DNA from: Escherichia phage a51
Length of the DNA: 64,000 nt
Sequence record: OQ067376.1
Strand: one strand, 5' to 3'
The notes under the pieces are model-generated. The model was not told the origin of the DNA and did no database searches. It saw only the letters and a list, made by a program, of their open reading frames with translations. Below are positions 54,381-64,000 of this stretch, in pieces (the first letter of the stretch is position 1; each line of letters starts with the position of its first letter). The translations under genes and the position numbers were made by a program.

Positions 54381-54537
54381 GTGATTTCCTTTTGCCTACT
54401 AATGGGCCGTCAGGAATTTTGTTTTCCTGGATATATTTCTCATTTTCTTCCATCATTTTACTGCCAATTTTAAGAAGCAAATCCAGTGCTTCATTTGCTT
54501 TAGCCTTGGCCTCTTCTAGCGTCATATCTCTGTTCAT
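54373..54537 (-). CDS. small hypothetical protein (54 aa)
   Basis: Own translation [54 protein letters not shown]; ATGA overlap with upstream stop. Confidence 0.35.
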   Translation of the reverse strand: MNRDMTLEEAKAKANEALDLLLKIGSKMMEENEKYIQENKIPDGPLVGKRKSHD

Positions 54538-54737
54538 GATTTATCCCCATAGATATCTCTCATCAATTTAAGCGCTGAGCGTTCTAATTTCTTTTCTTTC
54601 TCAGCACTAATCATTGATTTCATCCATTCTTCCGATTCGTTCTGCATTTCTTTATTTGCTTGTTCAACCCAACCATCATCAATGTACATTGAGTTTGGTC
54701 TATTGAACCATTCAAACATTTTCTTCAGAACTTTCAT
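54534..54737 (-). CDS. hypothetical protein (67 aa)
   Basis: ORF track. Confidence 0.5.
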   Translation of the reverse strand: MKVLKKMFEWFNRPNSMYIDDGWVEQANKEMQNESEEWMKSMISAEKEKKLERSALKLMRDIYGDKS

Positions 54738-55209
54738 TTGTTTTACCTAAAACGACAGTAGAAGCATCGTCAAATTCATGAATTTTTAGCAAATTTGGAT
54801 GTAAACTATTCCATACAGAAGAAATAAAATATGATAAAGCGTCTTCACTCGCAATTATAAATTTATTTCCTTTATCTATTTTCCAACTATATAATGAATC
54901 GTACGAATAGAAAGATAAAGGTTTATCATTATATTGTTCTGCGCTAACATTAATGTATTCGGATTTAGTAAATGCTTCAATTGCTCTAAATGGAATATTT
55001 GGTACAGTTTCAATAATTCCGATCTTTTTAAGTTTTATTTCAGCATCTTCTGGAACTGGCATTGAAACGAAATTTTCTACGAGATACATTGGGTCACAAT
55101 AACCCTTATCAATCATTACTGCTACGGTAATTGGAACATCTTTAGCAAATGACATGCTATTACTGCTAATATACATTTCAAACAAAATCGCTTCCATAAT
55201 TTTCCTCAA
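54712..55209 (-). CDS. hypothetical protein (165 aa)
   Basis: ORF track. Confidence 0.5.
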   Translation of the reverse strand: MRKIMEAILFEMYISSNSMSFAKDVPITVAVMIDKGYCDPMYLVENFVSMPVPEDAEIKLKKIGIIETVPNIPFRAIEAFTKSEYINVSAEQYNDKPLSFYSYDSLYSWKIDKGNKFIIASEDALSYFISSVWNSLHPNLLKIHEFDDASTVVLGKTNESSEENV

Positions 55210-55589
55210 TCACAAGATGTAGATGAACAACTAGAATCACAAGAACTTCCACATGAATCGCCCGTCCACACATGAACAGGAACATTAGTATCATATGAAT
55301 CAGAACTAGACTGTGTATTCTGCGTATTAGATGATGTAGGTGTTGACCAACGCCAAGGATTTTTATAATATTCCTGGGCTTCTTCATAAGTCATAGTAAC
55401 TGCTTCTACTGTTCCATCTCCCATATAAACATATTCAACTACAGTTAAAGGAAGGTAGTCATTTGAAATAGGAACTACACCTTCTCCGGGAGTTGTAGAG
55501 AAAAAATCCGTAAAGAAACTTTTAAACCAATTAAAGATAAACATTACAAAAAGCCTCTTTGAAATTCGACTCTTTGAAATCCACCCCAA
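55206..55589 (-). CDS. hypothetical protein with hydrophobic N-terminus and Cys/Ser-rich C-terminal tail ([17 protein letters not shown])
   Basis: ORF track; 4 nt overlap with downstream gene. Confidence 0.5.
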   Translation of the reverse strand: MGWISKSRISKRLFVMFIFNWFKSFFTDFFSTTPGEGVVPISNDYLPLTVVEYVYMGDGTVEAVTMTYEEAQEYYKNPWRWSTPTSSNTQNTQSSSDSYDTNVPVHVWTGDSCGSSCDSSCSSTSCD

Positions 55590-55756
55590 TCAGTGTATCG
55601 CATTTCAGCATTGAACTCGACTGAACCATCTGCATGCATCATGAATGAATGCGTGACGATATCACAATCCCAGCTTTTCATACCCCATTTATCAGAGATA
55701 GCTTTATCAAGAACCTTCTGGAGGTCTTCATTTGGTTTAATCCAGCGATTTAACAT
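55544..55756 (-). CDS. hypothetical protein (70 aa)
   Basis: ORF track. Confidence 0.45.
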   Translation of the reverse strand: MLNRWIKPNEDLQKVLDKAISDKWGMKSWDCDIVTHSFMMHADGSVEFNAEMRYTDWGGFQRVEFQRGFL

Positions 55757-55780
55757 AGTGCTCTCCTCTATAAGATAATT

Positions 55781-55812
55781 TTATTATACCATACTCATTT
55801 TGGAAAGTAAAC
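55781..55812 (-). promoter_or_regulatory. T4 early-type promoter
   Basis: gtaaac 55807-55812 (plus); ttattataccat -10 region. Confidence 0.5.
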
Positions 55813-55822
55813 CGGTAAAATG

Positions 55823-55847
55823 AAAAAAGGACTCCCGAAGGAGTCCT
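55823..55847 (-). terminator. rho-independent terminator downstream of soc (identical hairpin to 2842-2861)
   Basis: aggactcccgaaggagtcct with T-run on minus strand. Confidence 0.6.
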
Positions 55848-55852
55848 TGAAT

Positions 55853-56098
55853 TTATTCACCAGTTACTTTCCACAAATCTTCGTTTGCAGTAATCCATTC
55901 AGTACGTTGATTTTCTTCATATACTGTAGAATATGCTGCTTTTTCTGAAGGGAATATCTGATAATGAGCGCCAGAAATTTTGTGAACGTCAGAATAAAGA
56001 GGGAAAGCTACAGAAATTTCCTTTCCTTCAATTTTCTTATTTCCATCTAATTTTTGCTCAAATGTTTTAATATTAACATAACCGCGAGTACTAGCCAT
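55853..56098 (-). CDS. soc: Soc small outer capsid protein
   Basis: 81 aa, recognised as T4 Soc. Confidence 0.9.
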   Translation of the reverse strand: MASTRGYVNIKTFEQKLDGNKKIEGKEISVAFPLYSDVHKISGAHYQIFPSEKAAYSTVYEENQRTEWITANEDLWKVTGE

Positions 56099-56113
56099 GT
56101 AATTCTCCTTTAT

Positions 56114-56323
56114 TTAAATTACATGACTATTTATAATAAATTCTTGCGGAACGTTAAAATACCCAATTTTAGTTAATATAACAACATCACCGTTAATAAT
56201 TACCGGAGAATAATCGGCTGGAGCATTAAACTTCCAATGAGCTCTAATATTATATCCATCAGAACCAAATGCTCAACTAGCCGGTCTCCCGGCTTTTTGC
56301 CATGCATAAAAATCAAATTTCAT
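56114..56323 (-). pseudogene. small ORF interrupted by an in-frame TGA (16 codons, TGA, then 52 open codons)
   Basis: Own translation MKFDFYAWQKAGRPAS-TGA-AFGSDGYNIRAHWKFNAPADYSPVIINGDVVILTKIGYFNVPQEFIINSHVI; ATGA start overlap; contains the soc late promoter in its 3' end. Confidence 0.3.
56128..56135 (-). promoter_or_regulatory. late promoter TATAAATA for soc
   Basis: plus strand tatttata = TATAAATA on minus, about 30 nt upstream of soc ATG. Confidence 0.65.
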
Positions 56324-56520
56324 TTTGAATGCTCTATAATTAATTTTAAGGCTTCTTCATGCACCTTACCTAATTGTATATGTCCAGTTTTAATTGTGTA
56401 AGCTTTGTGGAGCTGATTAGATAGGAGCTCGTATGTGAGCTCCTTGTCATAATTTTTAAATAGCTGGTCAATACGTTTCTTGTGGGCTTTCTTAAGTTGA
56501 CGTTTATTTAAACGAGCCAT
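56320..56520 (-). CDS. hypothetical protein (66 aa)
   Basis: ORF track. Confidence 0.5.
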   Translation of the reverse strand: MARLNKRQLKKAHKKRIDQLFKNYDKELTYELLSNQLHKAYTIKTGHIQLGKVHEEALKLIIEHSK

Positions 56521-57038
56521 TAATAACCTCGGTCTTGACGAGCGAAGTTTTCAGCATTTTTCAGATAATAAAGTTTAAAGATTTCTTCAGCCGTAAGACC
56601 GAGACCTTGGAACATGTTCAGAACGAAATGAAGAATATCAATCATTTCGAATTTAATTTCCAACTGGTCTTGTGGAGACAAATCAGTAATCAGAGTTTCA
56701 CGTCGTTCACCATGTTGAGCTTTCCAAGGCTTCCATACAGCAGATGCATCTTTTTCACCATTGCTCATACCACCAAGAGAAGTCAATAGTTCGCGGAATT
56801 CATCATCAATATAATCTTTCTGATTACGCAGCCAATCAACAACTTCACCCGCAGTAGCCAAATCATCAGGATGACGGTTATATTCAGGTTTATCTTTAGC
56901 TAAACGAACCTGTAGAGATTTCTGCATATCAAGCATAACCTGCAGCGGGTCTTTTTCATCACCGAGAATATCCCAGTATTCATTTTGAGCTTTATCAGCG
57001 CCTTCGATCAGTTGACTACATTCGTTAAAGTAAGCCAT
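56520..57038 (-). CDS. 56: dCTP pyrophosphatase
   Basis: From ATG at 57038 (MAYFNEC...), about 172 aa, matches T4 gp56. Confidence 0.85.
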   Translation of the reverse strand: MAYFNECSQLIEGADKAQNEYWDILGDEKDPLQVMLDMQKSLQVRLAKDKPEYNRHPDDLATAGEVVDWLRNQKDYIDDEFRELLTSLGGMSNGEKDASAVWKPWKAQHGERRETLITDLSPQDQLEIKFEMIDILHFVLNMFQGLGLTAEEIFKLYYLKNAENFARQDRGY

Positions 57039-57098
57039 TATTTTTCCTTTCAATTCATTAATAAGTTAAATAATTATATCATTTGAGTATGTAAGCAA

Positions 57099-58438
<1,340 letters not shown>

Positions 58439-58460
58439 TATATCATCCTCAGCAATTTAT

Positions 58461-58493
58461 TTTATAATACCATAACAAGCTGAGAAAGTAAAC
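58461..58493 (-). promoter_or_regulatory. T4 early-type promoter
   Basis: gtaaac 58488-58493 (plus); tttataatacca -10 region. Confidence 0.5.
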
Positions 58494-58537
58494 AAATTTA
58501 TGAAATTTGTGATAAATATTAATTTAAAGGAGGACAT

Positions 58538-58738
58538 ATGGCACAAAAATTAATGGCACTTGTTAATGCCATCAAAGGTAATAAGAAACGTATAGCTTTT
58601 ACTATTTCTGCTATGGTAGGAATTTTACTCTGGAACTTTATTTTATCACCAATTGCAATTGCGCATGGTGTTAATATTCCAGTAGTTACTCTTGATACAT
58701 TCGTAGATCTAGCATTTGCTTTAGTTGGGTTAATTTAA
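58538..58738 (+). CDS. small two-helix membrane protein (66 aa) on the plus strand
   Basis: Strong ribosome-binding site aaggagga four nt upstream of ATG; convergent with gene 61 and overlapping its stop by 4 nt. Confidence 0.45.
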   Translation: MAQKLMALVNAIKGNKKRIAFTISAMVGILLWNFILSPIAIAHGVNIPVVTLDTFVDLAFALVGLI

Positions 58739-59763
58739 ATCTTGGCATATTTAGATAACCGCATTTTAGCCATTAACCCCTGGGCAATATTATTTTTCAT
58801 ATATTCCATAATTTGTTCAGGGGTTGCACCTTCCTTTCTAATCATATCATTAACATCTTTTGATTTCCAGGGAGATTTATCCCAAAACATAACCCTTTCT
58901 CCTGCATCAACTAATTTAGTCATTCGCTTGATAGTGTCAGGGTGACGAGGTTCATTATCTAAAACCCACACTCGTCTATCTTTAAATGGAACAACTTCTA
59001 GGTCTAATTGACCACCCGTAATAGCTATACCATTTTCAATAAAAAGCGAATCTATAGGTCCTTCTAGAACATATACATCACCATCTTTGACTCGTTCGAC
59101 TCCATAGATTTTTGTTGCCTCAGGATAAGCTTTGATGGTGATATATTTTTGAGGAGCATCTTTCTTTAATGCACGTCCTTGAAAAGACTCAGCTTTTCCG
59201 TTAGCATTATAAATTGGAATAACAAGACGAGGCTCAGGTGTTTCCTTTTTATATGTTCCTGGAGCTATACTATTAACTAATTTAGGCCATTCAGTTGTAA
59301 ACCAAAGATATTTCCATTTATCCTTTGGAATACAACGAGCTTTTACATATTTTATAATTGGATGGTCTTCCGCCAATTTATCTAATCTGATGCATGACGG
59401 AAGAGATTTAATTATTTTCTTCTCAGGTTGTTTAGGAAGTTCTTTAGGTTTTTCTACTGGACGACTTTTACCTTTTTCTTTTCTTATTTCAAAGATATAC
59501 TCACGATATAAATCAGGTTCAAACTCCTTTAAATATATTCCGATTGGTGCATGATAGTTACAGTTATAACAATGAATATTTCCTTCATTATTATCGCCAT
59601 AATACCATCCACGGGCTTTATTTTGATCGGTTTTTGAATCTCCACAAACGGGACATCTAAACCGTAATTTAAAAGTTGAACTATTATTTACTTGTGCGAA
59701 TTTAGGTAAATGAGCCAATGCACGGTATGCAAACTCATTATCAATCCAAGGTATTGATGACAT
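58735..59763 (-). CDS. 61: DNA primase
   Basis: 342 aa as T4 gp61; N-terminal zinc ribbon CPVC...CYNC. Confidence 0.95.
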   Translation of the reverse strand: MSSIPWIDNEFAYRALAHLPKFAQVNNSSTFKLRFRCPVCGDSKTDQNKARGWYYGDNNEGNIHCYNCNYHAPIGIYLKEFEPDLYREYIFEIRKEKGKSRPVEKPKELPKQPEKKIIKSLPSCIRLDKLAEDHPIIKYVKARCIPKDKWKYLWFTTEWPKLVNSIAPGTYKKETPEPRLVIPIYNANGKAESFQGRALKKDAPQKYITIKAYPEATKIYGVERVKDGDVYVLEGPIDSLFIENGIAITGGQLDLEVVPFKDRRVWVLDNEPRHPDTIKRMTKLVDAGERVMFWDKSPWKSKDVNDMIRKEGATPEQIMEYMKNNIAQGLMAKMRLSKYAKI

Positions 59764-59765
59764 TT

Positions 59766-59930
59766 TTACTCTTCTTTTTCTTTAGATTCCTCTTTTTTCT
59801 TTTTAGGAATCTGTTCAGGACCTTTATTTACTACAGCACCTGACGTTGTTCCAGTGGAGATATTTTCAGGATTACCACCTGAATCTCCAGCTACCATATC
59901 TTCTTTAATAAATTCTTTATATGTTTTCAT
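59766..59930 (-). CDS. small hypothetical protein (54 aa)
   Basis: Own translation MKTYKEFIKEDMVAGDSGGNPENISTGTT...; tight packing. Confidence 0.35.
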   Translation of the reverse strand: MKTYKEFIKEDMVAGDSGGNPENISTGTTSGAVVNKGPEQIPKKKKEESKEKEE

Positions 59931-59931
59931 A

Positions 59932-60558
59932 TTAACCTCTATTCATAAAAGCATTAAAAATTTGGTCATCAATAGAAACATTCACTTTAGACTGTTTTTC
60001 TGATGGTAATTCATATCCACATATTACAATTTTGTGATCAATGTCAAAATACACAGAAGCAATATGATTAATGATGTTTTCAGTAAAGTCTAAATCAACA
60101 TCAATATCTTTTTGACCACAACCCAAAGGATAAATAATGCGAGTAATTCGATTATCTTTAACAAAGATTCCACCGACATACTCTGTGCTGCGTTTAAAGT
60201 CTACACGCCGACGAAATGAAAAATATTCAGGCTCTTTATGAGCTCGGCTCATAGGACACAACGAGTAACTAGAATAAGAGATGTCAAATCCTACGCCTTC
60301 AATATGAGCCAAAGTATCATGATTAAACCAATTATAATCGTACGCCAAATCCATTAGATTATAATACGTAAAAGGCACCGAATTAACATCATTAGTCACA
60401 AGCATGTAATTAGCAACTGCTATAATTTCATTATTTTTAACGAATACAAACCGTGATTGATGCGAATGACCTGGACCCGCGTTTTCACGATTAATGATAT
60501 AACACTGGGCACCTTTATATTTGTATGTATCTTTGCACTTGTGCATTTGATAGAGCAT
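59932..60558 (-). CDS. hypothetical protein (208 aa)
   Basis: ORF track. Confidence 0.5.
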   Translation of the reverse strand: MLYQMHKCKDTYKYKGAQCYIINRENAGPGHSHQSRFVFVKNNEIIAVANYMLVTNDVNSVPFTYYNLMDLAYDYNWFNHDTLAHIEGVGFDISYSSYSLCPMSRAHKEPEYFSFRRRVDFKRSTEYVGGIFVKDNRITRIIYPLGCGQKDIDVDLDFTENIINHIASVYFDIDHKIVICGYELPSEKQSKVNVSIDDQIFNAFMNRG

Positions 60559-60851
60559 TATTCACCTACCACTTCAGCGATGATATTTTTATTATTAAAG
60601 TTTTTATCGCAATACAGAACATAATTATACTGCATTACACCACCAGATTTAAGTTGTTTTTGCACTTTAGCTTTCATTTCAGGACGATCGCGCTCAACGA
60701 TATTCATAATATCCGCTTCAATTTGAGTTTCAACTTCAGTCTGATCTGCAGTCATAGACCATTCGCACAAATCTTTGTCATAACCCGCCATAGCAGGCTG
60801 AGCAGCGCAAGAAGATAAAGCAAAAATTGCAGCAAAGATAAATTTTTTCAT
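60558..60851 (-). CDS. sp: Spackle-like periplasmic protein
   Basis: 97 aa with N-terminal signal peptide; length and position (61.3) as T4 sp. Confidence 0.65.
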   Translation of the reverse strand: MKKFIFAAIFALSSCAAQPAMAGYDKDLCEWSMTADQTEVETQIEADIMNIVERDRPEMKAKVQKQLKSGGVMQYNYVLYCDKNFNNKNIIAEVVGE

Positions 60852-60876
60852 GATAATCTCCTCAGTAGTTTATGTT

Positions 60877-60909
60877 TATATAGTATCTCAATTTCCAATA
60901 AAAGTAAAC
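60877..60909 (-). promoter_or_regulatory. T4 early-type promoter
   Basis: gtaaac 60904-60909 (plus); tatatagtatct -10 region. Confidence 0.5.
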
Positions 60910-60911
60910 AG

Positions 60912-61211
60912 TTATTTTAAAACTTCTGCATAATCACATGTTACAAACTGTTTCTCTAACTTGGCGATTTTACGAAAGTATCTTTTGCATTGACGAATCT
61001 GTCGCTTTGTAGGGCGCACAGCAAACTTAATAAATTCCACTCGACCAAATGGAGGGCTTTCTTCTGCCGGAATATCTAATACTAATTCCCACGTATCTGC
61101 AATAAGTGCTTTGAATTGAGTATTTTTCCTGACATTATACGGAGTAGGTTTAAATAAAACGATATGCATATTATCCTCGGCAATCCACTTCACATACCTT
61201 CTTGTCATCAA
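60912..61211 (-). CDS. hypothetical protein (99 aa)
   Basis: ORF track. Confidence 0.5.
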   Translation of the reverse strand: MMTRRYVKWIAEDNMHIVLFKPTPYNVRKNTQFKALIADTWELVLDIPAEESPPFGRVEFIKFAVRPTKRQIRQCKRYFRKIAKLEKQFVTCDYAEVLK

Positions 61212-61353
61212 TGAAAGCTTTAACTAGTGCTTTATTAACTTCAGCATATTGAGTAGTAGCCCATTGAACGTCATCTTTCATCATTGTGATCTCTTTAGTA
61301 AACATGCTTTCATTCTTAAACCACCCCATAAAAACTACCTTTACCAATTCCAT
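61171..61353 (-). CDS. dmd: Dmd-like protein (60 aa; antitoxin against host RnlA/LsoA in T4)
   Basis: 60 aa ORF immediately downstream of gene 41, the T4 61.5/dmd position and length. Confidence 0.55.
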   Translation of the reverse strand: MELVKVVFMGWFKNESMFTKEITMMKDDVQWATTQYAEVNKALVKAFIDDKKVCEVDCRG

Positions 61354-61389
61354 AACAATCTCCTAATTTAACCAACAAGACTACTATAC

Positions 61390-61421
61390 CATAGTCTTGT
61401 CAGCTTGTAAACTAAAATTTT
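61390..61421 (-). promoter_or_regulatory. T4 early-type promoter
   Basis: gtaaac 61416-61421 (plus); ctactatacca -10 region inside a palindrome. Confidence 0.5.
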
Positions 61422-62839
61422 AATTCATTTGCCAAAGCATCTAACTGAGCTCGAGTCGATTCGTTTCTTTGATAGCGATTCTGCTCAGCTTGTATCTGTT
61501 GTGAACCTGCTACCTCACTCACTTCAGTTGGAGTAGAATCTTGTTCAATTTCTACCCATTTCTGATTTCCTTTTTGAACACCCATCAAAAACTTATTCCA
61601 TTTGTTCTTATCGCCATATCGTGATTTGATTTGCTTAATGAGTTGTTGTTCAGCAGCTGCTAGCTCCTCGGTTTCAATGACCGCAAGCATAAAATCAGCT
61701 GTTGCTGGAAGACCGGCAGATTCTGCGATATCACTCATGTTAACATCAGAAGAATCCCAAGCTTGTTTACCAACCTGTGCTGCAGTCCAAAGAACAGTTT
61801 CGGTTTCAACAGCCAGAGCACGCAATTCCTCTGCAATAGCTTTAACAGTTGTGTAACTATTTTCTGAATAAACTCGGATGCGACAAGATTTACAAATACC
61901 TAGATAGTCGACAATAATGATTGTTGGAACAAAATTCTTCTTGAGCTTCAATTCGTTTAAAAGTGATCGAAATGTATTAGCGTCTGCTCCACCAGTAGGA
62001 TACTGTTTAACGATTAAACGACCAAGAGTAGATTTCTCACGCCATTTTTCCATTTTTCCTTTATACTCAGCGTAAGAAATATGCCCATCATCAATGTCAT
62101 CAAGAGAAACATCAAGCATATTAGCATCAATACGCTTAGCACAGACTTCTTCTGCCATTTCCATGGAAATGTAAAGAACATTATGTCCGAGCTGCAAATA
62201 ATCTGCTGCCAATGAACACAGACCTAATGACTTACCAACGTTAACGCCAGCCATTAAAACGTTCAGTGTTCCTGTCTCAGCTCCGCCTTTAGTAATTTTG
62301 TTTAGAATTCTGAGTTTAAATGGAACTTTACGAGCTTTATTCATATAAGATAGCCAGCGTGCTTCGTAGTCATCCATCCAATCATGACCAACGTAGCTAT
62401 CAAATGAAATTGATAATGCTTGACGCATGATATCAGGAATAGCACCTACATCTGGCATTTTCTTATTTCGTTTTTCCGGAGGAAGCTCAGCATTAGTTTG
62501 AATTTCGATTATTTTAGACGTAGCATTAAACATCGCCCTTTGCTGAACATATTTTTCTGTTTCTTTTACTAACCAACTGTGGTCTTCCGGAGAATCAGCC
62601 AGTTTTGAAATAAGTGTTTTTACACCAGAATATTCTGTTTCAGTAAATGAACTATTTTCTAATGCAACATTTAACGCATTAATAGATGGAACGCTATGAT
62701 ACTCATTAACATGAGATTTAATTAATTTGAACGTATTTTTAGCTGGACCACTTTCAAAATATTCTGAATCCATATATGGCCAAACTTTTGAAAAATAAGC
62801 TTGATCAAATATGAGATGAGAAAGAATAATTTCTACCAC
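61412..62839 (-). CDS. 41: replicative DNA helicase (DnaB-like)
   Basis: 475 aa as T4 gp41; Walker A GVNVGKS. Confidence 0.95.
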   Translation of the reverse strand: MVEIILSHLIFDQAYFSKVWPYMDSEYFESGPAKNTFKLIKSHVNEYHSVPSINALNVALENSSFTETEYSGVKTLISKLADSPEDHSWLVKETEKYVQQRAMFNATSKIIEIQTNAELPPEKRNKKMPDVGAIPDIMRQALSISFDSYVGHDWMDDYEARWLSYMNKARKVPFKLRILNKITKGGAETGTLNVLMAGVNVGKSLGLCSLAADYLQLGHNVLYISMEMAEEVCAKRIDANMLDVSLDDIDDGHISYAEYKGKMEKWREKSTLGRLIVKQYPTGGADANTFRSLLNELKLKKNFVPTIIIVDYLGICKSCRIRVYSENSYTTVKAIAEELRALAVETETVLWTAAQVGKQAWDSSDVNMSDIAESAGLPATADFMLAVIETEELAAAEQQLIKQIKSRYGDKNKWNKFLMGVQKGNQKWVEIEQDSTPTEVSEVAGSQQIQAEQNRYQRNESTRAQLDALANELKF

Positions 62840-62848
62840 ACTTACTCC

Positions 62849-63211
62849 TTAAAAGAATTTAAACTTTTTCTTTGACCTTTTATTAAATGCATCTTGTAGT
62901 TGCATTGTAATACATTTTTCTACATGAGGAGCTAACTCAGCTTTTCTTTCTTGGTCAAGAACAGCAAAGTCCATTACGACTTTTCCATCAACCCAATCTA
63001 ATTTTGTCACATACACAATGTGTGTAGAACCATCTTCTAGTTTAATGACAATCTCCTGGATAACATTTTCCATGGCAGATTTAATTATCTTAAGAGATTC
63101 ATTAAAAAGACGTTCTTTTCTTTCTTCTTCCCCCTCCGAAGAGGGGGATTCATCGATAATTTCTAGATCTAAATCTAAATCATCTTTATTCATTAAATTC
63201 TTCCATATCAC
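62849..63211 (-). CDS. 40: gp40 head vertex assembly chaperone
   Basis: 120 aa ORF between 41 and uvsX. Confidence 0.75.
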   Translation of the reverse strand: MIWKNLMNKDDLDLDLEIIDESPSSEGEEERKERLFNESLKIIKSAMENVIQEIVIKLEDGSTHIVYVTKLDWVDGKVVMDFAVLDQERKAELAPHVEKCITMQLQDAFNKRSKKKFKFF

Positions 63212-64000
63212 TTAACTGCTCGAGGTCAGTTTCTAAATCAGCAGCTGATTTACTTTTACTTTCTGGAGATTTAAATTTTTCAACCTTTGAGTTAATCAAT
63301 TCATCAACTTCAGCTTCAACAATTTCATTACTATCAATAGCACCTAACTGATAAGCACGTTTAATAGCATCTCGGAATGGTTGATGCTTAAATAAAGGAC
63401 CCCAGAATGTAGTGCAGTTGGTATCTTTTGCACGCCAAGATTTTTCTTCGCGAATCATCTCACCGGTTTCTTCATCAAGAAATTCACGGGCATACCAGCC
63501 ATTTTTAGGTTTTACTACAAATCCTAATTCTAGAGCCATATCTAACAATCCAGAATAAGGATCGATACCACCGTCAAATTTAACATCAATAAAGAATTTA
63601 CTTTTTTCTTTAACGGTACGAGATTTTTCTACATTTAGAACAAATTGATACCCCTGAAGATCAGAACCATCTTTAATTTGACGTTTACCGATAATGAATA
63701 CAGTATCAGCCGAATACATTACGCCTGTACCGCCTGTCATCACGGTTTTACTAAACATTTCAATTGTTTCAATTGTATGGTTAACCGCAACGCACGGAAT
63801 ATTTTTAATGCTAAAGTAAGGAGTAACAATACGGAATAATGACTTCAGTGATTTAGCACGAGTCATATCTGCCACAGATTTTTCATTCAAGGCATCTTCC
63901 GTTTCTTTCTTAGAAGCCATATTACCAATTGAGTCGATGAATACTATAACCTTTTCACCACGCTCAATAGCTTCAAGCTGATTCACCATATCAATTTTCA
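63186..64000 (-). CDS. uvsX: UvsX RecA-like recombinase, partial (N-terminus beyond window end)
   Basis: Frame open to the window edge; C-terminus ...LSDMEEFNE as in T4 UvsX. Confidence 0.9.
   Translation of the reverse strand, partial: KIDMVNQLEAIERGEKVIVFIDSIGNMASKKETEDALNEKSVADMTRAKSLKSLFRIVTPYFSIKNIPCVAVNHTIETIEMFSKTVMTGGTGVMYSADTVFIIGKRQIKDGSDLQGYQFVLNVEKSRTVKEKSKFFIDVKFDGGIDPYSGLLDMALELGFVVKPKNGWYAREFLDEETGEMIREEKSWRAKDTNCTTFWGPLFKHQPFRDAIKRAYQLGAIDSNEIVEAEVDELINSKVEKFKSPESKSKSAADLETDLEQLSDMEEFNE

Noticed and set aside
55178-55387. His-rich 69 aa ORF (minus strand, alternative frame)
   Set aside because: It is an alternative-frame shadow of the Cys/Ser-rich tail of the 127 aa gene; only one can be real and the other fits the gene packing.

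Overview
This window is a contiguous segment of a T4-like (T-even, Tequatrovirus-type) myophage genome, colinear with the T4 map from the gene 30.x/rIII/31 region through cd, pseT, alc, rnlA, denA, nrdB, nrdA, td, frd, 32, 59, 33, dsbA, rnh, the long-tail-fibre genes 34-38, t, asiA, arn, motA, 52, ac, stp, ndd, denB, rIIB, rIIA, 39, dexA, dda, srd, modA, modB, soc, 56, dam, 61, sp, dmd, 41, 40 to the start of uvsX. Gene identities are from my recollection of T4 protein sequences, lengths and gene order; no database search was run. Early genes are on the minus strand and tightly packed with ATGA-type overlaps; the late fibre genes and holin are on the plus strand. The phage is T2/T6-like rather than T4 itself: gp37 ends in a chaperone-like domain, gp38 is a glycine-rich adhesin, gene 39 is unsplit, and td and nrdB carry no introns. 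A recurring promoter family (GTTTAC -35 on the minus strand), TATAAATA late promoters and GC-rich tetraloop terminator hairpins punctuate the gene blocks. The points most worth follow-up are a GC-rich ORF-poor island between rIII and the next gene, a PD-(D/E)xK nuclease-like ORF plus a convergent membrane ORF between dam and 61, an apparent frameshift in rIIA, two small genes interrupted by a stop or frame change, and a tandem paralogue pair upstream of dexA. None of these is demonstrated to be a new system; each is a candidate requiring comparison and experiment.
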